A DNA stretch of 64,000 bases, taken from Vulcanimicrobiota bacterium (lineage in GTDB: Bacteria; Vulcanimicrobiota; Vulcanimicrobiia; Eremiobacterales; Eremiobacteraceae). Below are positions 11,187 through 20,984 of this stretch, piece by piece; the first letter of the stretch is position 1, and each line of letters begins with the position of its first letter. The notes below the pieces were generated by a model, which worked only from the letters and a program-made list of their open reading frames with translations, was not told the origin of the DNA and searched no databases. The position numbers and the translations under genes are program-made. Where the stretch lies: positions 27,131-91,130 of the forward strand of contig CAVXUM010000006.1 of the NCBI GenBank assembly GCA_963764965.1, read 5' to 3'.

Positions 11187-12338
11187 CTAGGTCAGCCCGA
11201 GCAGACGGGCGATCACCATGCGCTGGACTTCGTTTGTGCCCTCGCCGATCTCATTGATCTTGCAGTCGCGCCAATAGCGCGATACCGCGTACTCGTCCAT
11301 GAATCCGTAGCCACCATGGATCTGCACCGCCGCGTTGGCGCAACGTCGCGAGACCTCTCCCGAAAAAAGCTTGGCGGTCGCCGCCGCCATGGCGAAATCG
11401 CGACCCTGATCCTTGAGCCAGGCGGCTTTGAGCACGGCTGTGCGCGCCAAGTCTATCTCCACCGCCATGTCGACGAGTTGGAACTGCACCGCTTGGAATT
11501 TGGCGATGGCCTGTCCGAATTGATGCCGCTCCTTGGCGTACTTCGCTGCCGCGTCATAACACGCTTGCGCCAACCCGACCGAGAGAGCGCCCACGCTGAT
11601 GCGACCGCCGTCGAGGATGTCGAGGAATTGCTTGAACCCGCGGCCGCGCTCGCCGAGAAGGTTCTCTTGCGGCACCCGCGCGTTGTCAAAGGAAAGCTCG
11701 CGCGTATCCGACGCTCGCCAACCCATCTTCTTATACGGCGGCGCTTGGCTGTAGCCAGGCGTCGCCTGCGGCACGATGATATTGCTGATCTCGGGCCGGC
11801 CGTTCTCGCCTGGACCGGTGACCGCGGTGATGGTGACGCCGCCGGTCATGGGGGTACCGGCGTTGGTGATGAAGCACTTCGAACCGTTGATCACCCAGGC
11901 GCTGTCGCGCACCTGGGCGCTGGTCTTGGTCGCGCCTGCGTCCGAACCGGCGCTGGGCTCGGTCAGGCCGAAGGCCCACAGCTGCTCGCCGCGCGCCAGC
12001 GGCGGAAGATATTTTTGCTTCTGGTCCTCGCTGCCGAAGAGCAAGAACGGTTGCGTGCCCAGCGACACGTGCGCTGCCATCGTGATGCCGACGGACGCAT
12101 CCGCGCGGCCGATCTCCATCACCGCGAGCGCGTACGAGACGGTGTCGGCACCGGCGCCCCCATACCGCTCCGGAAATGGCAGGCCGAGCAAGCCGAGCGC
12201 GCCCATCTTGCGCACGGTGTCCAATGGAAATTCAGCCTTGGCATCCCAGTCTTGCGCGTGCGGCGCGATCTCACCGTCGGCGAATTCACGGCACAGCTTC
12301 TGCACGTCCAACTGATCGGTCGTGAGATCAAAGTCCAT
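11187..12338 (-). CDS. Acyl-CoA dehydrogenase
   Basis: Intact 383-aa ORF carrying the acyl-CoA dehydrogenase family N-terminal, middle and C-terminal signatures, with the catalytic Glu near the C-terminus (YRDCKINEIGEGTNEVQRMVIAR). Confidence 0.85.
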   Translation of the reverse strand: MDFDLTTDQLDVQKLCREFADGEIAPHAQDWDAKAEFPLDTVRKMGALGLLGLPFPERYGGAGADTVSYALAVMEIGRADASVGITMAAHVSLGTQPFLLFGSEDQKQKYLPPLARGEQLWAFGLTEPSAGSDAGATKTSAQVRDSAWVINGSKCFITNAGTPMTGGVTITAVTGPGENGRPEISNIIVPQATPGYSQAPPYKKMGWRASDTRELSFDNARVPQENLLGERGRGFKQFLDILDGGRISVGALSVGLAQACYDAAAKYAKERHQFGQAIAKFQAVQFQLVDMAVEIDLARTAVLKAAWLKDQGRDFAMAAATAKLFSGEVSRRCANAAVQIHGGYGFMDEYAVSRYWRDCKINEIGEGTNEVQRMVIARLLGLT

Positions 12339-12459
12339 GCGGACCCCTTTGCCAAAACCGTGAGCTCTTCCCCACCCGATAGGGCCGTGCGGCTGGGCGG
12401 CGAATGAACCGGAACAGGATGGCCATTTTCAGCACTCCCGGCTTTGCGCTGGGCCGAGC

Positions 12460-13149
12460 ATGATCGTCTTCCAGGACGTCAGCCTCATCTACCCCAACGG
12501 CGTCCACGCGCTCACCGAAGTCAGCCTCAGCGTCGCCCGCGGCGAATTCCTGTTCTTGGTCGGCAGCTCCGGGCAAGGCAAGTCGAGCCTGCTCAAATGC
12601 GTCAACCGGGAAGAGCGGCCGACCGAAGGCGACGTCGTGGTGGACGGACAGAGCCTGGCCGAGGTGCGCCCGCGCCAGATCCCGTTCCTGCGCCGCAAGG
12701 TCGGCGTGGTCTTCCAAGACTTCAAGCTGCTCCATCAAAAGACGGTCTGGGAAAACGTTGCCTACGCCCTCCAGGTCACGGGCGCGAGCTCGCGCGACGT
12801 CCTGCGACGAGTGCCCCGAACCCTCGAACTCGTCGGCATCGCCCACAAGAGCAAGATGTTCCCGCACGAACTATCCGGCGGCGAGCAGCAGCGCACCGCC
12901 ATCGCCCGTTCGCTGGTCAACAATCCTTTGATCCTGCTGTGCGACGAGCCGACCGGCAACCTCGATCCAGAGACGTCGAGCGAGATCATGGCGCTGTTGG
13001 CGCGCATCAACGCCAAAGGCACCACCATGATCGTCGCCACGCATAATCAGGCGATCGTCGACCGGATGCGACGCCGAGTGGTCCGCCTCGTGAATGGTCG
13101 CATCGCGCGCGATGAGGAGCGCGGCCGTTACCATGTTGGATTGGGGTAG
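12460..13149 (+). CDS. ftsE: Cell division ATP-binding protein FtsE
   Basis: Walker A GSSGQGKSS, ABC signature LSGGEQQRTAIAR, Walker B LILLCDEPTGNLD. 229 aa, intact. Confidence 0.9.
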   Translation: MIVFQDVSLIYPNGVHALTEVSLSVARGEFLFLVGSSGQGKSSLLKCVNREERPTEGDVVVDGQSLAEVRPRQIPFLRRKVGVVFQDFKLLHQKTVWENVAYALQVTGASSRDVLRRVPRTLELVGIAHKSKMFPHELSGGEQQRTAIARSLVNNPLILLCDEPTGNLDPETSSEIMALLARINAKGTTMIVATHNQAIVDRMRRRVVRLVNGRIARDEERGRYHVGLG

Positions 13150-14020
13150 GGTCAGGTTCTTCTGGGCCGAGGTCGCTCAGAACTTCACGCGCAACATCAC
13201 CATGGCGCTCACCGCCATCGGGACCATCGCCATATCCATCGTGTTGCTGGGCGTCTTCCTGTTCTTGCGCACCTCGTTCGACATCGTCATGAAGAACATC
13301 GTCGGCCAAGTGGCCATCGCCGTCTATCTGCGCGACGACGCGAAGGGCCCGGCAGTCGAGGACTTGATGCGCCACGCCCAGACCGATCCGCGCGTCGACA
13401 GCGTGCGCTACGTGAGCAAGAAGCAGGCCATGATGAACCTGCGCCAGCGGCTGCGGGGCCAGTTCAACCTCAACGTGCTCAACAGCAACCCGCTGCCGAA
13501 CACCATCGTCGTGCACACGAAGCTGCCGCAAGACGTGCCGGCGGTGGCCGCCAGTCTTGAGACCAAACCTGGCGTCGCGGTGGTCAACTTCGGCAGCAGC
13601 GTCACCGAGAAACTGCTGCGCGCCGAAACGCTCTTCAGCGCGATCGGGGCGGGCATCATCGGTTTGCTTATCTTAGCGACGTCGCTCATCATGTACAACA
13701 CCATCAGGCTCACCGTCTTCGCACGCCAGCGCGAGATCCGCATCATGCAGCTGGTCGGCGCGACGGGCTGGGCGGTCCGCTGGCCGTTCATCTTCGAGGG
13801 CATCCTCTCGGGTCTACTAGGGGCGTCACTGGGCTTGCTGCTGCTTCAGACCGGCTACCGTTCGCTTGTGCAAAAGCTCGTGGTGAGCGTGCCGTTCATC
13901 CCGTTCAGCCTCGCGAGCATCCCGCTGCATCATCTGGCGTTCGAGCTGCTCGTCGCCGGCATGCTCGTCGGCATGTTGTCGAGCCTGCTCTCCGTCAGCC
14001 GGTATCTGCAGACCGCATGA
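13133..14020 (+). CDS. ftsX: Cell division permease FtsX
   Basis: Four-TM FtsX topology with a large periplasmic loop. Overlaps ftsE by 17 nt. The ORF track starts at 13094. Confidence 0.85.
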   Translation: MLDWGRVRFFWAEVAQNFTRNITMALTAIGTIAISIVLLGVFLFLRTSFDIVMKNIVGQVAIAVYLRDDAKGPAVEDLMRHAQTDPRVDSVRYVSKKQAMMNLRQRLRGQFNLNVLNSNPLPNTIVVHTKLPQDVPAVAASLETKPGVAVVNFGSSVTEKLLRAETLFSAIGAGIIGLLILATSLIMYNTIRLTVFARQREIRIMQLVGATGWAVRWPFIFEGILSGLLGASLGLLLLQTGYRSLVQKLVVSVPFIPFSLASIPLHHLAFELLVAGMLVGMLSSLLSVSRYLQTA

Positions 14021-15291
14021 CCCTGCGGCGCTACCTCATCGTCGCATCCCTGCTGGCGGCATTGACGATCATCGCTCCGGTATCGATGCCGGGCTTGCGT
14101 CCGGCTGACGTCGCTTCGGCGGCGACGCCCGTGCCGCTCGGCGAGAGGATCCGCCAGAAGAAGGCGGTCATCGAAGCGACCCACCGCAAACTCGAGCAAA
14201 GCCGCCGCCAATTGCATGAGGCCCGCTTCAAAGAGCAGACGATCGCGCAGCAGCTCGACGCCGTGCAGAGCAGCATCGCACGCGTCCGCGTCGATCTGAG
14301 CGACCTGGCGGGCTCGATCCGTCAGACAGAATTACGCCTTGGCATACGGCGCGGCCAACTCGCGGCGGCACAGGCGAGCCTGGCGCGCCATCGCGACGCT
14401 CTCAACCGCCGTCTGGTGGACGTCTACGAGTACGGCAGCGCCTCGTACCTCGACGTGCTGCTCAGCGCGACGTCGTTCGTGGATTTCATCGAGCGCTGGG
14501 ACTTCGTGCGCTATATCTTGCGCTCGGACGCGCAGCTGATCGCCGCGGTCAACCGCGAGCAGACCCAGTATCAGAAGATCGTCTACGACCTCGAGACCAC
14601 GCAGGCCGCGCTCGCGCGGCAGCAAGATGAAGAGCTGACCCGCAAGGGGCAACTAGGCGTGCTGGCCGACGAACGCCGTCATCTACTCGCGGTCGCGGCG
14701 AGCCAACGCCACGTCATCGCGCAGCAGGTCGACACCCTCGAGAATCTGAGCGCCGCTGAGGAAGCGCGGCTGCAAGAGCTCATCCGCGAGCGCCAGCGTC
14801 AAGAGGAGCTGGCGGCCATGAACGCGCGCATGGCGGCGGCGCAGGCGCGACGCGCAGCGGCCATCGCGGCCGGCCTGCCCCCGCCGGTCGAGCGACCGCA
14901 AGGTGGGCCGGTCAGCTTCGCATGGCCCGTCCATGGGCCCATCACCTCGCCTTTCGGCATGCGGGTGGATCCTGTCACGGGACGCTATCAGCTGCATTCC
15001 GGAATCGATATCGGGGCGCGCTACGGTGTGCCGATCCAGGCCTCGGCCGATGGGATAGTATTGTACGCCGGCTGGTACGGGGGGTACGGCAACGCCATCA
15101 TTCTAGACCACGCTTCGGGACTCTCGACGCTGTACGCGCATTGTTCTGCGATGTACGTGACCGAGCATCAGTGGATCCAGCGCGGACAGGTGATCGGCGC
15201 CGTCGGGGCCACCGGTTGGGCTACTGGACCGCACCTCCATTTCGAGATACGGGTCAACGGCGTGCCCGTCGATCCTCTGTCGCGGCTCTAG
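14017..15291 (+). CDS. Coiled-coil M23 family metallopeptidase (EnvC/PcsB-like FtsEX-associated murein hydrolase activator)
   Basis: Signal peptide and a long coiled-coil. C-terminal M23 domain with HxxxD and HxH motifs (YQLHSGIDIGARYG, GPHLHFEIRVNG). Start overlaps the ftsX stop (ATGA). Confidence 0.85.
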   Translation: MTLRRYLIVASLLAALTIIAPVSMPGLRPADVASAATPVPLGERIRQKKAVIEATHRKLEQSRRQLHEARFKEQTIAQQLDAVQSSIARVRVDLSDLAGSIRQTELRLGIRRGQLAAAQASLARHRDALNRRLVDVYEYGSASYLDVLLSATSFVDFIERWDFVRYILRSDAQLIAAVNREQTQYQKIVYDLETTQAALARQQDEELTRKGQLGVLADERRHLLAVAASQRHVIAQQVDTLENLSAAEEARLQELIRERQRQEELAAMNARMAAAQARRAAAIAAGLPPPVERPQGGPVSFAWPVHGPITSPFGMRVDPVTGRYQLHSGIDIGARYGVPIQASADGIVLYAGWYGGYGNAIILDHASGLSTLYAHCSAMYVTEHQWIQRGQVIGAVGATGWATGPHLHFEIRVNGVPVDPLSRL

Positions 15292-15355
15292 GATTTTTAC
15301 ACGTTTTCCCAGGGGTTGCAGCGGGTGGCTGCGGGCATAAGGCCCCCGACGGCGA

Positions 15356-16922
15356 ATGAAACTCCTCACCCCAAACGTTGTATTAGGAAGCGTGTCCCGC
15401 GGTAGCGGACTTGAAAGGAAACGAACAGCTCTAGTGTCCTCCTCGCGTCGCACCATCATCGTCTTGATCCTCGTGATCGCCGGACTGCTCGCGTTTTTGG
15501 CGGTGCAGCACCGCACGCATCTCGCGGTGCGCATGCGCGAACACCATCCCGTGCTGGCCTGGGACATGGGCAACGTCGCGGGAGATGCCGCGGACGGATC
15601 CAGCGGCGATCAGCAGCGGAATCTCGACATGCTCGACATGTCGCTGGACAAGATCCGCAATGTCTACTACAAGCCGGTCGACGAATCGCTGCTGCTGCAA
15701 GGCGAGCGCAATGGCCTGATCGAGTATCTCAAATACAAGCACATCGCGGCGACGCTGGCGCTCCCGCCGGTCAGCGCGGGCGCATCACCGGCGCGGGTCG
15801 ACGAGGACGCCAATCAGCTGCTTGACGGCGCGCTTGAGAAATATAGCCAAAAGGCCGGCGCTGACAACCTCACGTATGCCGCCATCGAGGGCGCGCTGAG
15901 CACGCTGCACGATCCGTACACCGTCTTTTTGAGCCCGCGCGACAAGACGTCGCTCACTGAATTCATCCAGGGCGGGGATTTCGGCGGCATCGGCGTGTAC
16001 ATCGGCAAAGACCCCAAGACGCACGAGATCAACGTCATCCAACCCATCGACGGCACGCCGGCGGCGCGCGCCGGCCTCAAACGAGGCGACATCATCATCT
16101 CGGTCAACGGCAAACAGACCAAGGGTTTGGATCTCGATCTCGTCATGAACCTGATCCGCGGCAAGGCGGGCTCGACTGTCACCTTGGTGATCCGTCGCAG
16201 CCACAGCGACCTGCGCGACTTCTCGATCGAGCGCGAGGTCATCACGGTGCCTTCGATGACGTCGCACATGATCGACGGCGATATCGGTTATATCCAGCTG
16301 TACGATTTCGGCGAGCGCTCGGCGCAAGAGGTCACGGACGCGCTCGACCAGCTGCTCAAACAGGGCGCGCAAGCCTTCATCTTAGACCTGCGCGACAACG
16401 GCGGCGGATTGCTCGACGCGGCGGTGGACATCTCCTCGAAGTTCATCGCGGACGGACCGATCGTCTCGCGTCATCGACCGTGATGGCCACGTCGAAACCG
16501 ACGACGCCAACCAAGACGCGATCCCGCCGCATCCGCTCGTCGTGCTGGTCAACCAATACTCGGCCAGCGCATCGGAGATCACCGCCGGCGCGATCCAAGA
16601 CTCCAAGATCGGGGTGCTGCTCGGCACCAAGACGTTCGGCAAGGGCGTGGTGCAGACGATATATGACTTGCCCGGAGGCAGCGCCATCAAAGTCACGACC
16701 CAACGGTATGTGACGCCAAACGGACGTGATATCAACAAAAAGGGCATCGAGCCCAACATAGTAGTGCCGATGGACTATAGAGACGTCGGCTTGTCCGGCA
16801 AGGACGTACAGCTCCAGGCCGCGCTGCCGTTATCTGAAACGCCAGATCGCGCTGACGCAGCACAACGTATAGCAGTCCGGGTGGCCATCAGGCGCCCAAC
16901 CCAAGAGAAAGGTTTCTCATGA
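15356..16922 (+). CDS. ctpA: C-terminal processing peptidase (S41, CtpA family), one frameshift near 16470
   Basis: PDZ (GIGVYIGKD...INVIQPIDGTPAARAGLKRGDIIISVNG) plus S41 catalytic region (LDLRDNGGG; ...VLVNQYSASASEITAGA in a second frame). Confidence 0.8.
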
Positions 16923-18358
16923 CTTCGTCCCTGCAACGGGTGGTGGCCAAGGTTCTCGGTGTCGCATTCGGCTTGAGCCTCACGGTCGGTCTCCACGCGG
17001 CCGCTTCGGCGTCCGCGAGCGACGACGTCGGCCGCTCCATGCTCGATTACTCGTTCGAACGAGCCTCAGCCGAGTTCTACAAGAAGACGACCGACCAAGT
17101 GCTGCTCGACGGTGCGGTGAGCGGGATGCGGACCGTCGTCAAGGGACACGGCGGCGATCCCAACAAGGTGCCGACCTTGCACGCCGCGGGCAGCGACAGC
17201 GCCGACATCGCCGCGCTCAACCACGAGCTCTTCGTGGTCGAGCACGATTACGGCCAAACGGTAGGCGGCCGCAACATCGCCTACGCGGCCATCGACGGCA
17301 TGATGCAGGCGTTGCACGACCGTTGGACGGTCTTCATGACGCCGAAGGAATACCGCAGCCTCAATGAAGGGCTCGACGGCGGCAACTTTGCCGGTGTCGG
17401 AATCGTCATCGATGTGGACGCGACCACCAAATCGCTCCTCGTCGTCCAGACCATCGACAGCGGGCCGGCGGAGAAGGCCGGACTGCAAGCCGGCGACGTC
17501 ATCCTCACGGTCGACGACAAGCCCACGCAGGGTCTGACGACCGAACAAGACAGCTCTCTCATCCGCGGCAAGGCAGGCACCACGGTGCAGCTCACCGTGC
17601 AGCGCGCCGGCGTGCCCAAGCCCATCGTCATGACCATCACGCGCGAGACGATCCACGCGCCCAGCGTCCGCGAGCGGGTGCTCGACGGCGACATCGGCTA
17701 CGTGCAGGTGTTGGTCTTCGGGCTCACCACCGGCCAAGAACTCGCCACTGCGATGCAAAAGCTCGACAAGCAGGGCGTGAAAGGCATCGTGCTCGACCTG
17801 CGCAACAACGGCGGCGGCTATCTCAACGCTGCGATCGACGTCTCGTCGCTCTTCGTGCCGGAAGGTCCGATCGTCTCGATCGACAGCCGCACAAAGCCGC
17901 TGACGACGTTCGACGCCGAGAACACCGCGGTCGCGCCGCGTCCGCTGGCGGTGCTCGTCAACGGTTTCACCGCGAGCGCCTCTGAGATCACGTCGGGCGC
18001 CATCCAGGACTCGGGCGCAGGCATCCTCATCGGCAGCCGGACCTTCGGCAAAGGCGTCGTGCAGACGATCTATCCGTTGCCCGACGGCAGCGCTATCAAG
18101 ATCACGACCGCACGATATCTGACGCCGAACGGACGAGACATCAACTCGGTCGGCATCGCGCCTGATATCGCCGTGGCCGACGTCAAACCGCCGGACTTCG
18201 GCAAGCCGGCGACCGACGAGCAACTGCAGCGCGCCCTGACCTACGTGCAGGACAAGATCGCCGCGGGCGACGCGCCGGCAGCTGCAAAGCCGACGAGCAT
18301 GCAGGTCACGCAGCCAGGCAACACCGCGGCCCAAACGCAGGGAACCAGCCCGCAGTAG
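16919..18358 (+). CDS. ctpA: C-terminal processing peptidase (S41, CtpA family), intact tandem paralogue
   Basis: 479 aa. PDZ plus S41 motifs (LDLRNNGGG, VLVNGFTASASEITSGA, TFGKGVVQT). Start overlaps the upstream ctpA stop (ATGA). Confidence 0.85.
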   Translation: MTSSLQRVVAKVLGVAFGLSLTVGLHAAASASASDDVGRSMLDYSFERASAEFYKKTTDQVLLDGAVSGMRTVVKGHGGDPNKVPTLHAAGSDSADIAALNHELFVVEHDYGQTVGGRNIAYAAIDGMMQALHDRWTVFMTPKEYRSLNEGLDGGNFAGVGIVIDVDATTKSLLVVQTIDSGPAEKAGLQAGDVILTVDDKPTQGLTTEQDSSLIRGKAGTTVQLTVQRAGVPKPIVMTITRETIHAPSVRERVLDGDIGYVQVLVFGLTTGQELATAMQKLDKQGVKGIVLDLRNNGGGYLNAAIDVSSLFVPEGPIVSIDSRTKPLTTFDAENTAVAPRPLAVLVNGFTASASEITSGAIQDSGAGILIGSRTFGKGVVQTIYPLPDGSAIKITTARYLTPNGRDINSVGIAPDIAVADVKPPDFGKPATDEQLQRALTYVQDKIAAGDAPAAAKPTSMQVTQPGNTAAQTQGTSPQ

Positions 18359-18372
18359 ATAACCGCGGCCGC

Positions 18373-20334
18373 ATGGCGGTCGACTCCGGCCACGCCCCGT
18401 TCGCGTGGGAACCAACGGCGCAGACCATCGAGGGCGCCAACATCACGCAGTTCATGCGTGCGGTTGGCGCCGCTTCATTGGAGGATCTGTGGGCGCTCAC
18501 GCGCCGCGACATCGCCGGCTTGTACGAGCGCCTCATCCCCCATCTCGGCCTTGCGTGGCTTGCGCCCTATCGCCAGCTGCTCGACACCTCGCGCGGCATC
18601 CCGTTCGCGCGCTGGTTCGTCGGCGGCATGTATAACGCGTCGTACAACTGCATCGACCGTCATGTCTCGCAGGGTCGCGCGCAGCAACCAGCGCATCATC
18701 TGGGAGTCCGAAAGTGGCGCCACACGCGGCGCTGAGCTACGAAGAGCTGCTCGGTGAGGTGTCAGCGCTGTGCGCCAGCGCTGCGGGGCCTCGGGGTTGG
18801 CAAAGGGGATACGGTCGGCATCTTCATGCCGCTCGTGCCGGAGACGGCCATCGCGCTTCTGGCGATCGGCCGCATCGGCGCTATCGCCGTGCCCGCGTTC
18901 TCCGGCTACGGCGCCCAGGCGCTTGCCACGCGGCTGGAGGACGCGCAAGACGCAAGCTCTTGCTGACCGTTGACGGCACGATGCGCCGCGGCAAGTACGT
19001 CGATATGAAAAGCGTCGCCGACGCGGCGTGCGCGCTTGTCCCCACCGTCGAGCACCGGCTGGTCCTGCGCCAGCACGGCGACGCTGCGCCTGGGACGATG
19101 CGCAAGACGTTGACTGGCGCGCGGCGACCGCGGGCCAACCTCGCTTCGTGGCGTCGGAGCTCACCGATCCGAACGATCCGTATCTGTTGCTCTACACTTC
19201 GGGCTCGACCGGCAAGCCGAAAGGCGTCGTGCACGGCCACGCCGGCTTTCCCGTGAAGGTGCAGATCGATCAATATCTGTGCTTCGACGTGAAACCGGCC
19301 GATCGCATGCTCTGGTTCACCGACATCGGATGGATGATGGGCCCGTTCTTGGTGCTCGGCGCGCTCGGCCTCGGCGCTACGGTCGTGCTCTATTCGACGG
19401 CACGCCCGACTATCCGCCGCCGGACCGGCTCTGGGAGGTCTGCGCGCGTCACAAGGTGACGCATCTCGGCATCGCGCCGACGGCGATCCGCTCGCTGATG
19501 ATGCACGGCGACGCCATGCCGCGCAGGCACGATCTGTCCTCGCTGCGCATCCTCGGCTCCAGCGGCGAAGCATGGAACCCGCAACCATACAAGTGGTTTG
19601 CTCGCGCCGTCGGCGGCGGGACGCTGCCGATCATCAATTATTCGGGCGGCACGGAGATCAGCGGCGGCATCCTCGGCTGCTTCCCCATCCGCCCGCTCGT
19701 GCCGTGCGCGTTTCACGGGCCCGTGCCCGGCATGGACGCCGACATCGTCGACGAGCAAGGGCACTCCGTGCGCGGACAGGTCGGCGAGCTGGTCATGCGT
19801 CAGCCGTGGCCCGGCATGACGCTCGGATTTTGGCATGACGACGAGCGCTATCTGCAGACATACTGGTCGCGCCTCCCGAGCGTGTGGGTGCACGGCGATT
19901 GGGCAGCGTCTCCGACGACGGCTTTTGGTTCATCCACGGGCGTTCCGACGACACGATCAACGTGGCCGGCAAGCGCGTCGGCCCCGCGGAGTACGAGAGC
20001 GCGCTCGTCGGACACGGCGCCGTCCGCGAGGCTGCGGCGATCGCGGTGCCGGATGAGATCAAAGGCGACTCCGTCGTGTGCCTGGCGGTGCTGCGGCCGG
20101 GTTATGAGCCAAGCGAGGACTTGCGGGCGACGCTCGGCAAAGCGTGGTCGCAAGCCTGGGGAAAGCGCTCGCGCCGAAGGCCGATAAAGTTCGTCCACGA
20201 CCTGCCGCACACGCGCAACGCGCAAGCTCATGCGCCGCGTCGCTCGCGCGCGCTATCTCAAGCTGGATGACCTCGGCGATCTCACCGCGCTCGAGAATCC
20301 GGCATCGCTGGACGCTATAGACGCGGCACGCTAA
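18373..20334 (+). CDS. AMP-forming acyl-CoA synthetase of the acetyl/propionyl-CoA synthetase family, at least six frameshifts
   Basis: N-terminal [21 protein letters not shown]-binding [22 protein letters not shown], and a C-terminal ...KIMRRVARAAYLKLDD-like tail, spread over five or more ORF fragments on one strand. Confidence 0.7.
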
Positions 20335-20409
20335 GCCGCGATGGACTAATCCGACAGGGTTCAGAGCGGCTGGACTCGCTTCCCAGCGGCGTGATACAAT
20401 TCATGTGCC

Positions 20410-20961
20410 ATGGTCGAGATCACGTTGGCCGAAACCGAGCCCGCGACGGAGTGGGTCAATGGGCGCGCGCTGCGAAAAGTGAGCCCACAACGAAAACACG
20501 CGTTGGCCCAGGGCGTTCTAATCAGCGCGCTCTATGAGTGGGCTGTGCGTGAAGGGTCAGGTCGCGTCGGCACCGAGTGGGAGTTCCGCATCGCTCCCCC
20601 GGGAGAGATACGGCGGCCGCTTGTGCCCGATGTGGCGTATCTGTCGTACGACCGAGTGCCCTATGAGTCTGCCGCGGAGGCGGACATCCCTCGCGTCGCG
20701 CCCGACGTCGTCCTCGAAATCTTGTCGCCGGGCGACCGAACCACTGACGTAGAAGAGAAGGTGCGCGTCTATCTCGCTGCAGGTTCAGTGGTGGTCTTTT
20801 TGGTGGACACTACGGCGCAGACCGTGACCGCGCGGACCAAGAGCGGTCAGCGGATCTTCTCGGCGGACGAGAACCTTACCGACAGCGCGCTGCCGGGATT
20901 CTCAATGCCGGTCCGCCGTCTCTTCACAGAACCCATCCCTAAGCCGCGACGCGGGCGATGA
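20410..20961 (+). CDS. Uma2-family (DUF820) PD-(D/E)XK putative endonuclease
   Basis: 183 aa with the characteristic ...DVAYLSYDR...PDVVLEILSPGD...VRVYL... Uma2 motifs. A TGnTACAAT extended -10 lies just upstream. Confidence 0.7.
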   Translation: MVEITLAETEPATEWVNGRALRKVSPQRKHALAQGVLISALYEWAVREGSGRVGTEWEFRIAPPGEIRRPLVPDVAYLSYDRVPYESAAEADIPRVAPDVVLEILSPGDRTTDVEEKVRVYLAAGSVVVFLVDTTAQTVTARTKSGQRIFSADENLTDSALPGFSMPVRRLFTEPIPKPRRGR

Positions 20962-20984
20962 GACGATCAGGCTGACAACCTTTA

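Noticed and set aside
17066-18415. 449-aa minus-strand ORF antisense to the second ctpA
   Set aside because: Arg/Gly/Asp-rich shadow ORF opposite an intact, clearly conserved S41 peptidase.
20271-20409. Promoter for the Uma2 gene (TGGACT-N18-TACAAT with TG extension)
   Set aside because: A plausible -10, but the -35 is only 4/6 and the spacing is 18 bp. Kept as a note in the Uma2 feature evidence rather than as a feature.
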